Assembly: GCA_002409145.1 (NCBI GenBank)
Contig: DHUL01000037.1
Span: 49,325-113,324 of the forward strand
DNA: 64,000 nt
From: Bacteroidales bacterium UBA5235
GTDB taxonomy: Bacteria > Bacteroidota > Bacteroidia > Bacteroidales > VadinHA17
Reading direction: 5' to 3'
Shown one piece after another: positions 8,513 through 17,817 of the stretch (within the stretch, counting starts at the first letter, position 1; the number at the start of each line of letters is the position of its first letter). Below the pieces are notes generated by a model. It saw only the letters and a program-made list of their open reading frames with translations. It searched no databases and had not been told where the DNA came from. The position numbers and the translations under genes were made by a program.

Positions 8513-8758
8513 TTAATGTCCCTCCATAACCTTCTCTACTTTTATTACTATCCTTCTGGAATCACCATAGTAGTAGGATTCCCGAACATTGGAATACCTG
8601 ATATCAACACCCATCCCTTTCATCTCCTGAAGGGTTTCAAACAGCATTGAACGACTTAGATTCATCTTGTACGCAAACTCCTCTGGCGGACCGGTTGCCT
8701 TCATGGCAATAAGAGAGTCCATCCGTTGCAAACGTGCAATGTATTTTGACAACGACAT
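8513..8758 (-). CDS. small HTH-domain protein (putative locus regulator)
   Basis: Track ORF starts at TTG (8788). The in-frame ATG at 8758 gives 81 aa, MSLSKYIARLQRMDSLIAMKATGPPEEFAYKMNLSRSMLFETLQEMKGMG. This is the wHTH-like pattern of small Bacteroidota HTH proteins found next to peptide clusters. Confidence 0.5.
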   Translation of the reverse strand: MSLSKYIARLQRMDSLIAMKATGPPEEFAYKMNLSRSMLFETLQEMKGMGVDIRYSNVRESYYYGDSRRIVIKVEKVMEGH

Positions 8759-8785
8759 GATTACTATTTTAGAAATGCAGCACTT

Positions 8786-8793
8786 CAAATTTA
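8786..8793 (-). promoter_or_regulatory. candidate Bacteroidota -7 promoter box TAAATTTG
   Basis: The rc of caaattta is an exact match to TAnnTTTG. It ends 28 nt upstream of the HTH ATG at 8758. Confidence 0.3.
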
Positions 8794-8996
8794 AGAAGGG
8801 TTTTTAAGAATGTCAACACTGCTTGCAAAATATTTTGATATATGGTTCTTCGAGATGACTTTTTATAACAATCATGGTTCCTGCCGACTGAGGTCATAAT
8901 CAAGATCCTGACTTGAGAATATCTTAGATTTACTTGACATGAGCAGTCAAATGGCGTAAATTTATATGGCATTACTGGGGAGAAACCTAAAAATCA

Positions 8997-9443
8997 ATGC
9001 CTATGAAAAAGACTGCCGTTCTCTGCTCACTGCTCCTGATTATGCTCGTGGCATGCAAGCAGGAGCCACTAAATCCTGTCATTGGCGCATGGGACCTGTT
9101 CTATGCCAAACAGGTGGTAAATGACTCGGTCGTAGCCATATACCCGGACACCTACCAGGGAAGCCAGGTAAAAATGTGGTGCAATAACTACTGGATGTTC
9201 GTCGGGCAATATAAACAGGATACCATCATATCAGAAAGCTATGGCGGCGGATCCTATACGCTCGAGGGAATCGTCTATAAAGAAACCATCGAGTACCACG
9301 TCACCGGTGATTTCATCGGGAAAACCTTAAGAATGAGAATCGTTGTCGCCAATGATACCCTGATACAGGTGTGGCCGGCCGACGAAACAGGTGAAGTGGA
9401 TAAAAGCAATTACTGGTCCGAAAAATACGTCAGGGTGAAATAG
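8997..9443 (+). CDS. lipoprotein, unknown function
   Basis: 148 aa. Signal peptide plus lipobox LLIMLVAC. The second ATG at 9003 (MKKTAV...) may be the true start. Confidence 0.6.
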   Translation: MPMKKTAVLCSLLLIMLVACKQEPLNPVIGAWDLFYAKQVVNDSVVAIYPDTYQGSQVKMWCNNYWMFVGQYKQDTIISESYGGGSYTLEGIVYKETIEYHVTGDFIGKTLRMRIVVANDTLIQVWPADETGEVDKSNYWSEKYVRVK

Positions 9444-9527
9444 GGGTGTCAGTGACCCGTCAGGCGGGACAATGCTGGACGATCTGTGATCAACGCCGTA
9501 ATTATTGTCACTTGGACTACAATTCTT

Positions 9528-9594
9528 AAAGGCCTGCGGCCTATATACATCTTTTGGCATTCTGTGCTGCAATGCTGAAAGGCCTACGGCCTAT
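9528..9594. repeat. two copies of a 17-nt hairpin motif (aaaggccTGCggcctat / aaaggccTACggcctat) exactly 50 nt apart
   Basis: Copies at 9528-9544 and 9578-9594, 16/17 identical. Each has a 5-7 bp stem (aggcc/ggcct) and a 3-nt loop. They lie between convergent genes, and copy 2 overlaps the stop codon of 9591..10118. Confidence 0.35.
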
Positions 9595-10118
9595 TTGGCC
9601 AGGAGCTTTACCAGCTTTTCATGCAACTGTACTGACCAGGTCTCTATTTCCGAATGACCCCGGTTCTCGGCTTCACGAAGTAACCCAAGCAACAGCCGCA
9701 GTTTGAATTTTGACCGCTCACCGGGCTGCGCTGCCTCCCTGCTGTCAGCCTCACCACTGAAGAATCCTTCACTAACAGTATGAACCATACCCCTTACATG
9801 AGAAGTGTATTGCATGATCACCATTCGCGACTCAGCCCCTCTATCTGTACTGAGCGACGGAATGACAGTAAAAATGGCAAAGGGCTTCTTGCCCAACACC
9901 GACTGGTTCCGCCTGACAAACTCCATCGCCTCCGGAACCCATCCTCCACCCTGCTCCTGGCACCCGGCAATCACAGCCGAAAAAACTTTTACCCCTGACA
10001 CCCCGCTCATAGGCCTGAGCGTCACCTCGGCACCCAGGCCGGTCAACACCCGGGCCACTCGCTCAGCCACACTGGCTGCCAGCCCGGACGTACCTGCATG
10101 AGTTACAAGAATCTTCAT
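9591..10118 (-). CDS. flavodoxin-fold protein (HemG/flavodoxin_5-like)
   Basis: 175 aa. MKILVTHAGTSGLAASVAERVARVL...FSAVIAGC...KPFAIFTV follows the flavodoxin-like beta-alpha pattern. ATG start. Confidence 0.55.
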   Translation of the reverse strand: MKILVTHAGTSGLAASVAERVARVLTGLGAEVTLRPMSGVSGVKVFSAVIAGCQEQGGGWVPEAMEFVRRNQSVLGKKPFAIFTVIPSLSTDRGAESRMVIMQYTSHVRGMVHTVSEGFFSGEADSREAAQPGERSKFKLRLLLGLLREAENRGHSEIETWSVQLHEKLVKLLAK

Positions 10119-10237
10119 CGCTCTGGAACAAGGTTTGGTCTCCCAAAATTAATAAAAAGTGAACAATCTTTAACCGGGGATCCCGGCCGGAACTACCCCG
10201 CTAAGCGTTTTCTTGCTATTTTTGCAAAAAGAACACA

Positions 10238-10573
10238 ATGGCTATCCCGAGCTTCTTCAAACAGAACAAACCCCGCGGCTTCAACTACAAGCCCCGGTAC
10301 TATGATCCGGTCAAGGAGGAACTGGAACAGAGACGCAAGACATGGGAGAAAGAAAAGAGAGATAGCGGGGAAAGGCAGAATAATAGTGAGCCCTCCCCCG
10401 CTGAAGCTGCGGAGGGAACCTCCCGTCAGCCCTACCGCTCAAGGATCATGCGCGGTGATATGAAAAACTACTTTAACCACAGGCAGGAGAAAGTGCAGAA
10501 ACAGACCACCATCAGACTAATTGTGATCATAATTATCCTTGCCTTCGTAGTCTATCTTTACCTCCGTTTTTAA
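10238..10573 (+). CDS. hypothetical protein with a C-terminal TM anchor
   Basis: 111 aa. Charged, low-complexity N-terminal part and C-terminal helix LIVIIIILAFVVYLYL. Sits 9 nt upstream of mutL. Confidence 0.5.
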   Translation: MAIPSFFKQNKPRGFNYKPRYYDPVKEELEQRRKTWEKEKRDSGERQNNSEPSPAEAAEGTSRQPYRSRIMRGDMKNYFNHRQEKVQKQTTIRLIVIIIILAFVVYLYLRF

Positions 10574-10582
10574 TCGCCCCGG

Positions 10583-12439
10583 ATGAGTGACATTATAAAG
10601 CTTCTGCCCGACTCCGTCGCCAACCAGATAGCGGCAGGTGAAGTCATCCAGCGTCCGGCATCAGTGGTCAAGGAGTTGACGGAGAACGCCGTTGACGCAG
10701 GGGCTACAGAAATAAGCGTGGTCATCCGCGATGCCGGCCGTACTCTCGTACAGGTGATTGACAACGGATGCGGCATGAGCGAGACTGACGCCCGCCTCTC
10801 ATTCGAGAGACACGCCACCTCAAAGATCTCATCAGCCGATGATCTTTTTATCATAACTACCAAAGGATTCCGGGGTGAGGCGCTCGCCTCAATAGCAGCC
10901 GTCTCAATGACCGAGTTGCGCACAAGACGCGAAGAAGACGAAGCAGGAACACTGGTTGAAATAAATAACTCGAGGGTCACAAGACAGGAACCATGTTCAT
11001 GCGCTGCAGGATCAGTATTCAGCGTCAGGAACCTCTTTTACAATGTCCCCGCCCGCCGAAAATTCCTGAAGTCGGACACAACCGAGTTCCGGCATATCAT
11101 CACCGAGTTCCAGCGTGTAGCCCTTGCCCACCCGGAGATAAGGTTCAACCTTACCCACAATGACCAGGAGATTTACCGCCTTCCGGCGGGAAACCATCGT
11201 CAGCGGATAGCAGGGCTGTTCGGAAAACATTACAACCAAAACCTGGTCAGTGTGGAGACCTCCACCTCCATTGTGTCAGTAAGCGGGTTTGCGGGGAAGC
11301 CCGAAAACGCCCGCCGCTCAGCCGGTGAACAGTTTTTCTTCGTGAACAACAGGTTCATCCGGCATCCCTATCTGCATCGCGCTGTGCTGGAAGCCTACCA
11401 GGGTCTCCTTCCTCCCGATACCCTCCCGGCATATTTCATATATATGATCGCTGACCCGGCAACAATAGATGTGAACATCCACCCCACCAAAACCGAGGTC
11501 AAGTTCGAGGACGAGAGGTCTGTCTGGCAGATCATGCTGGCTTCCGTCCGTGAGGCTCTGGGCCGGTTCAACGTGGTGCCGTCGCTTGACTTCGGTCCCG
11601 AGGGCGCCGTGGATATCCCGGTCATCATGGGCAACACCCCTCCGCCACCGCTGCCGCAGATAGAGGTTGACCACACCTTCAATCCGTTCGAAGGCACTGA
11701 ATACCAGAGACCCGGAATAAAATGGAAATGGGACGCTGAGCGTAATCCTCCACGCGACTGGGAGTCGCTTTTCACCATCACCACACGCGGAAAGAGTGAG
11801 AGTGAGAGTGAGATTGAGGCTGAGAGCGGAAAAAGGATATCATCAGGCCCGTCAGATGATGAAGGGCACGGAGCAGCCCAGCGCCGTTTTTTCCAGGTAA
11901 AAAACCGCTACATCATGTGCCCTGTGATCTCCGGAATAATGATGATTGACCAGAGAAGGGCCCACGAGAGAGTGCTCTACGAGAGATACCTTACCTCACT
12001 CGGTGACGGTCCGAGACCTGCACAGGTATCGCTTTTCCCTGTAGAGGCGGAACTTAATCCGGGCGATCTGGTGATCATTGAAGAGATAAGCGACCAGCTC
12101 AGGATACTCGGATTTGAGATAAAAACCGGGACGCAAGGCAGGGTCACAATCAGCGGTCATCCCGCTGACAGCCGCAATGCAAACCCCCTGGCAATGCTCG
12201 AAACTATCATCGCCGAATACAAGCACTCGATGGGAGACCCGGCTATAGGTGCACGCGAACGGATCGCCCTCTCCATGGCCAGGGCTTCAGCTATCCAGTA
12301 TGGCACCCCGCTGACTCACACAGAGATGGAGGAACTATTTGACATGCTTTTCGCCTGCGCTATGCCAAACTACTCTCCCTCAGGCAAAACGGTGATGAAC
12401 ATCATCACCCTCGAGGAGCTTGACCGGAGATTCAGCTGA
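10583..12439 (+). CDS. mutL: DNA mismatch repair protein MutL
   Basis: 618 aa. GHKL ATPase motifs VVKELTENAVDAGAT, DNGCGM and GFRGEALASI. DVNIHPTKTEV. C-terminal dimerisation region. Confidence 0.95.
   Translation: MSDIIKLLPDSVANQIAAGEVIQRPASVVKELTENAVDAGATEISVVIRDAGRTLVQVIDNGCGMSETDARLSFERHATSKISSADDLFIITTKGFRGEALASIAAVSMTELRTRREEDEAGTLVEINNSRVTRQEPCSCAAGSVFSVRNLFYNVPARRKFLKSDTTEFRHIITEFQRVALAHPEIRFNLTHNDQEIYRLPAGNHRQRIAGLFGKHYNQNLVSVETSTSIVSVSGFAGKPENARRSAGEQFFFVNNRFIRHPYLHRAVLEAYQGLLPPDTLPAYFIYMIADPATIDVNIHPTKTEVKFEDERSVWQIMLASVREALGRFNVVPSLDFGPEGAVDIPVIMGNTPPPPLPQIEVDHTFNPFEGTEYQRPGIKWKWDAERNPPRDWESLFTITTRGKSESESEIEAESGKRISSGPSDDEGHGAAQRRFFQVKNRYIMCPVISGIMMIDQRRAHERVLYERYLTSLGDGPRPAQVSLFPVEAELNPGDLVIIEEISDQLRILGFEIKTGTQGRVTISGHPADSRNANPLAMLETIIAEYKHSMGDPAIGARERIALSMARASAIQYGTPLTHTEMEELFDMLFACAMPNYSPSGKTVMNIITLEELDRRFS
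11794..11823 (+). repeat. hexanucleotide tandem repeat (GAGTGA)x3 plus two degenerate units inside the mutL linker
   Basis: Read directly as gagtga gagtga gagtga gattga ggctga. Encodes SESESEIEAE in the disordered linker. Confidence 0.8.
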
Positions 12440-12491
12440 TATTTGGTCAGAATGGCTAAATTTGCGCTTTGAAACACGTGAGAACAATAAG

Positions 12492-13226
12492 ATGAACAGA
12501 ATACTTTCAGGGACCCCTCCGGTGGTGAAAAACCTCATCATCATCAATGTGGTGATGCTCCTGCTGTATGAACTCCTCAAGCTGACAACAGGCATCAACC
12601 TGAACGGCATCCTGGGGCTCTATTTCCCAAAATCGGAATTCTTCCGTTCATGGCAGATTGTCACACACATGTTTATGCATGGCGGGTTTGTGCACCTGCT
12701 TTTCAACATGTTTGCCCTGTGGATGTTCGGGAGGATACTCGAACAGGTATGGGGGCCAAAGAGGTTCCTCCTCTATTACCTGGTGACGGGACTGGGCGCA
12801 GCCTTCTTCTTTGAACTGGTACAGTGGTACCAGTACAACAAGGTGATGGGAATCCTCTCACCTGAGCAGCTTCAGTATGTCTATGACGCCGGAAGCAATG
12901 CCGTCAGCCAGGGCAAAAACTTCACAGACCCGGATATGGGGAGGCTGAATTCAATACTTAATGTTCCCGTTGTGGGAGCATCAGGAGCTGTCTACGGAGT
13001 GCTTCTGGCCTTCGGGGTGCTCTTCCCCAACACGCAGCTGATGTTCATATTTCCTCCCATACCTGTCAAGGCGAAATATGTTGTCATAGGGTATGCAGCC
13101 ATAGAGCTCTACCTGGCTATCACAAGCCCGGGAAGCAGCATAGCCCATACGGCACACCTCGGCGGTATGCTCTTTGGCTATATCCTGATAAGATACTGGA
13201 GGAAGACCACTAAAACCCTTTACTGA
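12492..13226 (+). CDS. rhomboid family intramembrane serine protease
   Basis: The track ORF starts at 12420, inside mutL. ATG 12492 (MNRILSG...) is preferred. Motifs: HMFMHGGFVHLLFNM, catalytic GASGAVYG, AHLGG. Confidence 0.85.
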   Translation: MNRILSGTPPVVKNLIIINVVMLLLYELLKLTTGINLNGILGLYFPKSEFFRSWQIVTHMFMHGGFVHLLFNMFALWMFGRILEQVWGPKRFLLYYLVTGLGAAFFFELVQWYQYNKVMGILSPEQLQYVYDAGSNAVSQGKNFTDPDMGRLNSILNVPVVGASGAVYGVLLAFGVLFPNTQLMFIFPPIPVKAKYVVIGYAAIELYLAITSPGSSIAHTAHLGGMLFGYILIRYWRKTTKTLY

Positions 13227-14140
13227 TGAGCATCTGGGACGAGATAAAGGGTTCATTCAAACATGGCACAGCCCTGACAAGGCTGATGTACATCAACGGC
13301 GCCGTATTCCTGTTTATAAAGATTATTGAAGTAATAGGGGTACTTACATCCAGCCCCGGCCTGGCTACGGCAGTAATATCGAACCTGGCTGTCCCGGCCT
13401 CCACCACCGCCCTTGCCCTTAAGCCATGGACACCCGTCACCTACATGTTCACTCACCAGGGATTTATCCACCTGCTCTTTAACCTGTTGTGGCTATGGTG
13501 GTTCGGGAAAATTTTCCTGGCATATCTCGATCAGCGGAAGCTGGTGGCACTCTATATCATGGGAGGTCTCGCCGGAGCACTTCTTTATGTAATTGTCTTC
13601 AATATCTTCCCTGCCTTCGCGTCAGCGGTGAACGTCTCAATTGCACTGGGTGCATCCGCCTCGGTGATGGCATTGGTTATAGGCACAGCCGTCTACCTGC
13701 CCGATCTCGAGCTGCACCTCCTCTTTTTCGGGAGGGTGAAGCTGAAATACCTGGCACTGGTAACCTTCCTGATAACCTCTGTGTTTGATTTCTCGGTGAA
13801 CACCGGAGGCAAGATCGCCCATATCGGCGGTGCACTGATGGGATTAGCCTACGGACAGGGTCTGAGAAATGGCAGGGATTTTGGAATATGGTTAAACAGG
13901 ATCCTCGACTTTTTTGTTAGTCTGTTCAAACCGGGGAAAAGGCTCAGGGTGAAATACAAGAAAACCGGAACCGCCTTCAAAGCACAAAAGACAAAGACTG
14001 ACCACGAATACAACTCAGCAAAAGCCGAAAGGCAGAAGGAGATAGACCATATACTCGACAAGATTTCGAAAGGAGGTTATGACAGTCTCACGAGGGAAGA
14101 AAAAGCAATCCTCTTCAGCGAGAGCCAGAAAAAAGGATAG
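13226..14140 (+). CDS. rhomboid family intramembrane serine protease with a lysine-rich cytosolic tail
   Basis: 304 aa. Motifs YMFTHQGFIHLLFNL, GASASVMA and AHIGGAL. The start overlaps the previous stop. About 90-aa charged C-terminal extension. Confidence 0.85.
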   Translation: MSIWDEIKGSFKHGTALTRLMYINGAVFLFIKIIEVIGVLTSSPGLATAVISNLAVPASTTALALKPWTPVTYMFTHQGFIHLLFNLLWLWWFGKIFLAYLDQRKLVALYIMGGLAGALLYVIVFNIFPAFASAVNVSIALGASASVMALVIGTAVYLPDLELHLLFFGRVKLKYLALVTFLITSVFDFSVNTGGKIAHIGGALMGLAYGQGLRNGRDFGIWLNRILDFFVSLFKPGKRLRVKYKKTGTAFKAQKTKTDHEYNSAKAERQKEIDHILDKISKGGYDSLTREEKAILFSESQKKG

Positions 14141-15266
14141 CGGTATCAGGCGCTTCACGCGAAACATACTGCTGGTGGTCAACCTTTTCCTGGTTATCCT
14201 CCTGGCGTTGGCTTATCTTTCAATCTATATCAATCCTGCCACGATAGCATTCCCGGCCCTTTTCGGGCTTGCATACCCCTATATCGCTGCTGTGAACGTT
14301 GCCATGGTCATTGTCTGGATCCTCTTCAGGAAATGGTATGCACTGCTGTCGGCCGTTGCACTGGTGGCAGGTGTCGGTTATATCCACAACTTCATCAGGT
14401 TCACCAATCATGGGAAGGAAGAGCATCACCACCTGAAGCTGATGAGTTATAACGTACGACTGTTCAACATTTATGAGTCAGCCGAGAAGAACACCCACAC
14501 CAAGATGCTTCAGCTTCTGAAGAAGGAGGATCCGGGTATTATCTGCCTCCAGGAATATTATGTAAGGGGTGACCCTGCTGCCGGTGAGCGGAAGTTGAGA
14601 GAGGGTCTCGGGGGAAAGAGATATACCCATTTCAAACTCATCCGCAGCGGATCAGCGAGCAGGTACGGGATTGCTACCATCTCACGGTACCCTATTATCT
14701 ACCGGGGTGATGTGGTACATCCGGGGTCATCATCACTTACCATCTTCAGCGATATCGTGGTCGAAACTGACACTTTCAGGGTCTATAACAATCACCTGCA
14801 GTCGTTCCGCCTGCGTCGCATGGAGGGTAACCTGTTCAGCGAGATTGCCGGGGAGGAGAAGGGGCGCTCCATGGATAACATCTCTGGTATCTACCGCAGC
14901 CTGATGCAGGGTTTTGCCAGCCGTGCGCTGCAGGTCGACCGTGTCAGGAGACACATGGAGTCATCGCCTTACCCGGTGATTGTGGCCGGGGATTTCAATG
15001 ACACACCTGTTTCATACACATACCGCGTTATGCGCCGGGGTCTGAATGATGCCTTTGTGGAGGCCGGGTACGGGGCAGGATTCACCTACCGTGGCAAGTA
15101 CCCGCCGAACAGGATAGACTATATTCTCTACAGCGAAGGAATTGAATGCTCTGATTTTGATATCGTCAAGGTCAGGTATTCAGATCACTACCCGGTCATT
15201 GCCTATTTCAGGCGTGCTGACCGGACATTGGTTTCAAAAAACCAGCAATCCCGCCGGAATCAATAG
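14079..15266 (+). CDS. endonuclease/exonuclease/phosphatase (EEP) family membrane protein
   Basis: 395 aa. N-terminal TM segments, then SYNVRLFN, CLQE, AGDFNDTP and SDHYPV. The ATG at 14079 overlaps the previous gene by 62 nt and the start is not verified. Confidence 0.8.
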   Translation: MTVSRGKKKQSSSARARKKDSGIRRFTRNILLVVNLFLVILLALAYLSIYINPATIAFPALFGLAYPYIAAVNVAMVIVWILFRKWYALLSAVALVAGVGYIHNFIRFTNHGKEEHHHLKLMSYNVRLFNIYESAEKNTHTKMLQLLKKEDPGIICLQEYYVRGDPAAGERKLREGLGGKRYTHFKLIRSGSASRYGIATISRYPIIYRGDVVHPGSSSLTIFSDIVVETDTFRVYNNHLQSFRLRRMEGNLFSEIAGEEKGRSMDNISGIYRSLMQGFASRALQVDRVRRHMESSPYPVIVAGDFNDTPVSYTYRVMRRGLNDAFVEAGYGAGFTYRGKYPPNRIDYILYSEGIECSDFDIVKVRYSDHYPVIAYFRRADRTLVSKNQQSRRNQ

Positions 15267-15273
15267 AGGTCAA

Positions 15274-16287
15274 TCACCCGTTCTGACCGAAAGGAAGCTT
15301 CGACAGGTCGGCATTTCCGCCGGAGACAACAATTCCCACCTTCCTGCCGCTGAACAGTTCCCGGTTTGCCAGTACTGCAGCCAGGGGGACGGCTGAAGAA
15401 GGTTCAACCACTATCTTCATCCGTGTCCATATCAGGGCCATGGCCTCGATAATCTGTTCCTCGGAGACGGTCAGGATGTCGTCAACATTCTTTTTTATGA
15501 CCGTGAAGGTTCTTTCGCAGAGCGAAGTGAGGAGTCCGTCCGCGATGGTGCGCGGGGGCAGTGCGGGCTGGATGGTGCCTGTGCGGAGTGATCTGGCTGC
15601 ATCGTCGGCCAGCAGCGGCTCAGCCCCGTATATTTTTGCAGCCGGGGCCATATGGCGGATGGCTATGGCCGAGCCGCTGAGGAGGCCGCCGCCGCCCACC
15701 GGAACGAGGACCGCGTCAGGGTCCGGTAACTCTCCGAGCAGTTCCATAGCCGCGGTCCCCTGACCGGCGATGATGTAAAAGTTGTCATAAGGATGGATCA
15801 TCGTTGCGCCGGTCCGCTCAATCACCCCTGCGGCGGCGGCCTCACGCGCCGCCAGCGTGGGCTCACAGAAGGTGATCTCGGCACCGTAGCCTGCCACCGC
15901 CCTCTTCTTCACCTCGGGCGCCGAGGAGGGCATCACAATATAAGCCTTCATCCCGCGCATCGCTGCAGCATGCGCCAGGGCGGCGGCATGATTGCCCGAC
16001 GAGTGCGTCACCACGCCGGCGGCGCGCTGGCCTTCCGTGAGATTCAGGACAGCATTGGTGGCTCCTCTGAACTTGAATGCTCCCACCTTCTGGAAATTCT
16101 CGCACTTGAAAAAAAGCCTGGCACCGCTGATGGCATCAAGCTTCTGCGATGTCAGTACCGGGGTGCGGTGCACATAGGGCGAGATCAGCTGCATAGCCGC
16201 TGCAACATCTTTAAAATCAGGAATTAATGACATAATTTTTTGATCAGTATGTTTCTTAAGTTCAGGGCCATTATCCGGCCTATTCAT
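15274..16287 (-). CDS. PLP-dependent serine/threonine dehydratase family enzyme (short form, no regulatory domain)
   Basis: PLP-lysine motif CENFQKVGAFKFRGA, plus SGNHAAALA and GGGGLLSG. An alternative ATG at 16233 (MSLIPDF...) is equally plausible. Confidence 0.85.
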   Translation of the reverse strand: MNRPDNGPELKKHTDQKIMSLIPDFKDVAAAMQLISPYVHRTPVLTSQKLDAISGARLFFKCENFQKVGAFKFRGATNAVLNLTEGQRAAGVVTHSSGNHAAALAHAAAMRGMKAYIVMPSSAPEVKKRAVAGYGAEITFCEPTLAAREAAAAGVIERTGATMIHPYDNFYIIAGQGTAAMELLGELPDPDAVLVPVGGGGLLSGSAIAIRHMAPAAKIYGAEPLLADDAARSLRTGTIQPALPPRTIADGLLTSLCERTFTVIKKNVDDILTVSEEQIIEAMALIWTRMKIVVEPSSAVPLAAVLANRELFSGRKVGIVVSGGNADLSKLPFGQNG

Positions 16288-16373
16288 TCAATATCACAAG
16301 TATACATCCTCCGGGTTCTCCCGGTTCAGGAGCGCCCGGGATCCCCGGTACTTACCGGCACCGGGTCCTCTGT

Positions 16374-17222
16374 TCAATGAACAACCCTGAACATGTCATT
16401 GAAAATCAACTCCTGCGCCTTAGTCATCACCTCCTGGGTGCCGGCAAGGATGGGGCTGTCGAACAGCACATCATAGCCCGGGGCGCTGAATGACCGCCAC
16501 GTTCCGGCCGGGGTACCGGCTGTCTCCGCTCTGTTGGAGGTAGTCACCGGCTCCAGTCCTGTTGAGACGGTGGTCCATCCGGGATACAGATCAAGGGTGA
16601 TATGACTGGGCTCAGCCAGTGCATCTTCCGGGTAAAGAAAGAGGGCTGCCGGTACGATGAAAGCATGGGTGGTATCAATGAAAGCATCAGCAACAGAGTG
16701 GCTGTTGCCGTAGATCACCCATGAAGCCGTCAGTTTGTCTGCGCCACCGGTGGCCACCTTCCAGATATTCTTTGATGTCTTCAGAAAGTGACATTCCCTG
16801 CCTGTGGCATCCCTGATCTCCAGCCGGCTCAGGTTCTTCGGGTAGTTCTGTATCCAGTAATAACCCGGAGTCCATACGGGCATTTTCAGCACAAGCGTAT
16901 CTGTCATGACACCGTCAAGGGTCATCGTGATCCTGAAATTATGGTTCACAGCATCATTCATTGATACCATGTAGTTTATAATAAGCTCACCCGACAGGGA
17001 GGCGGGTGAAATACAACCTTCAATTGGGGTAGAAGAGGTGGCCGTGGCCGGTAAGCCAGGGGAAACGAGTGCCGGGGAACCTTCGGAAGCCGCCTGCATA
17101 ACACTGGCAGTGCAACCGGCAAGGGTAGCAGAGGAAACGGAGAAGCCCAACACCATGTTGACAATCAGCGTCAGTAATCTGGATCGAAACAGGATTGCGT
17201 CAGGCCCGGATAGAATATTCAT
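16374..17222 (-). pseudogene. M61 glycyl-aminopeptidase N-terminal domain only (truncated gene or stand-alone remnant lipoprotein)
   Basis: The track start is GTG at 17285. ATG 17222 gives a signal peptide plus lipobox (SSATLAGC). FRITMTLDG...LKMPVWTPGYYWIQNYPKN...YDVLFDSPILAGT matches the M61 N-domain. The ORF stops about 20 aa later, before any HExxH catalytic domain. Confidence 0.5.
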
Positions 17223-17424
17223 AGTGTTAATGATAAGATGCTTTATTGACATAAGGTGCACAAGACATAAAAGTAGTAAAATCACCTCAACAGATTACCG
17301 GGTATGATGAGTAAGATATAATTTGGGGATGAGAGAGTCTGTACTACATCCATTACAGAATTTTCAGCCGGATGAAGGAGTAGTAAAACAGGAGGAAATC
17401 TGTTTCAATTTCCTCCTGTCTGAA

Positions 17425-17817
17425 TCAGTAATTTACCATAAAACAAAAACCGTCTTTCGATTCCTTCTGCGAGAGGTATCCATTCTTCAGGATCCAGCGG
17501 CATCTGAAGGCGTCATAATCATAAATTGCATTGAAAAAACTAACATATTCCGTCAATGAGTTAAGATGATCAGGAAATATGAAAGCATAATCGCACCTTT
17601 CATCAGAATCAAATAAACAGGTAATTGAAGTCTGTTCACAATCAAATCTTATTTCTACAGATATCTGTCTTTCTTCCTTCTCATAAAAGTCCATGAAACA
17701 TATTGGGTATTGATTAAACCTTTCCCAGATTTGTCGACCAGATAATCTAAGTAATGAACTTGCATGTGCAACCAGACCGGGGAACATTTTCAGATTAGAA
17801 AGATTTTCAGGTAGCAT
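17425..17817 (-). CDS. hypothetical acidic, Cys-rich cytoplasmic protein
   Basis: 130 aa with ATG start. No signal peptide or TM segment, no recognisable motif. Located in a lower-GC patch. Confidence 0.45.
   Translation of the reverse strand: MLPENLSNLKMFPGLVAHASSLLRLSGRQIWERFNQYPICFMDFYEKEERQISVEIRFDCEQTSITCLFDSDERCDYAFIFPDHLNSLTEYVSFFNAIYDYDAFRCRWILKNGYLSQKESKDGFCFMVNY

Noticed and set aside
2422-8996. Direct repeats, att sites or integrase marking the island borders
   Set aside because: Only a trivial shared 7-mer (caacact) occurs near both edges. No recombinase or tRNA gene is present, so no mobile-element call is made.
10570-10980. 136-aa minus-strand ORF, along with other long antisense ORFs in GC-rich genes (for example 15793..16227, 23334..23891, 46941..47516, 38422..38889)
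   Set aside because: All lie inside strongly supported genes on the opposite strand. This is typical of GC-rich third-position bias.
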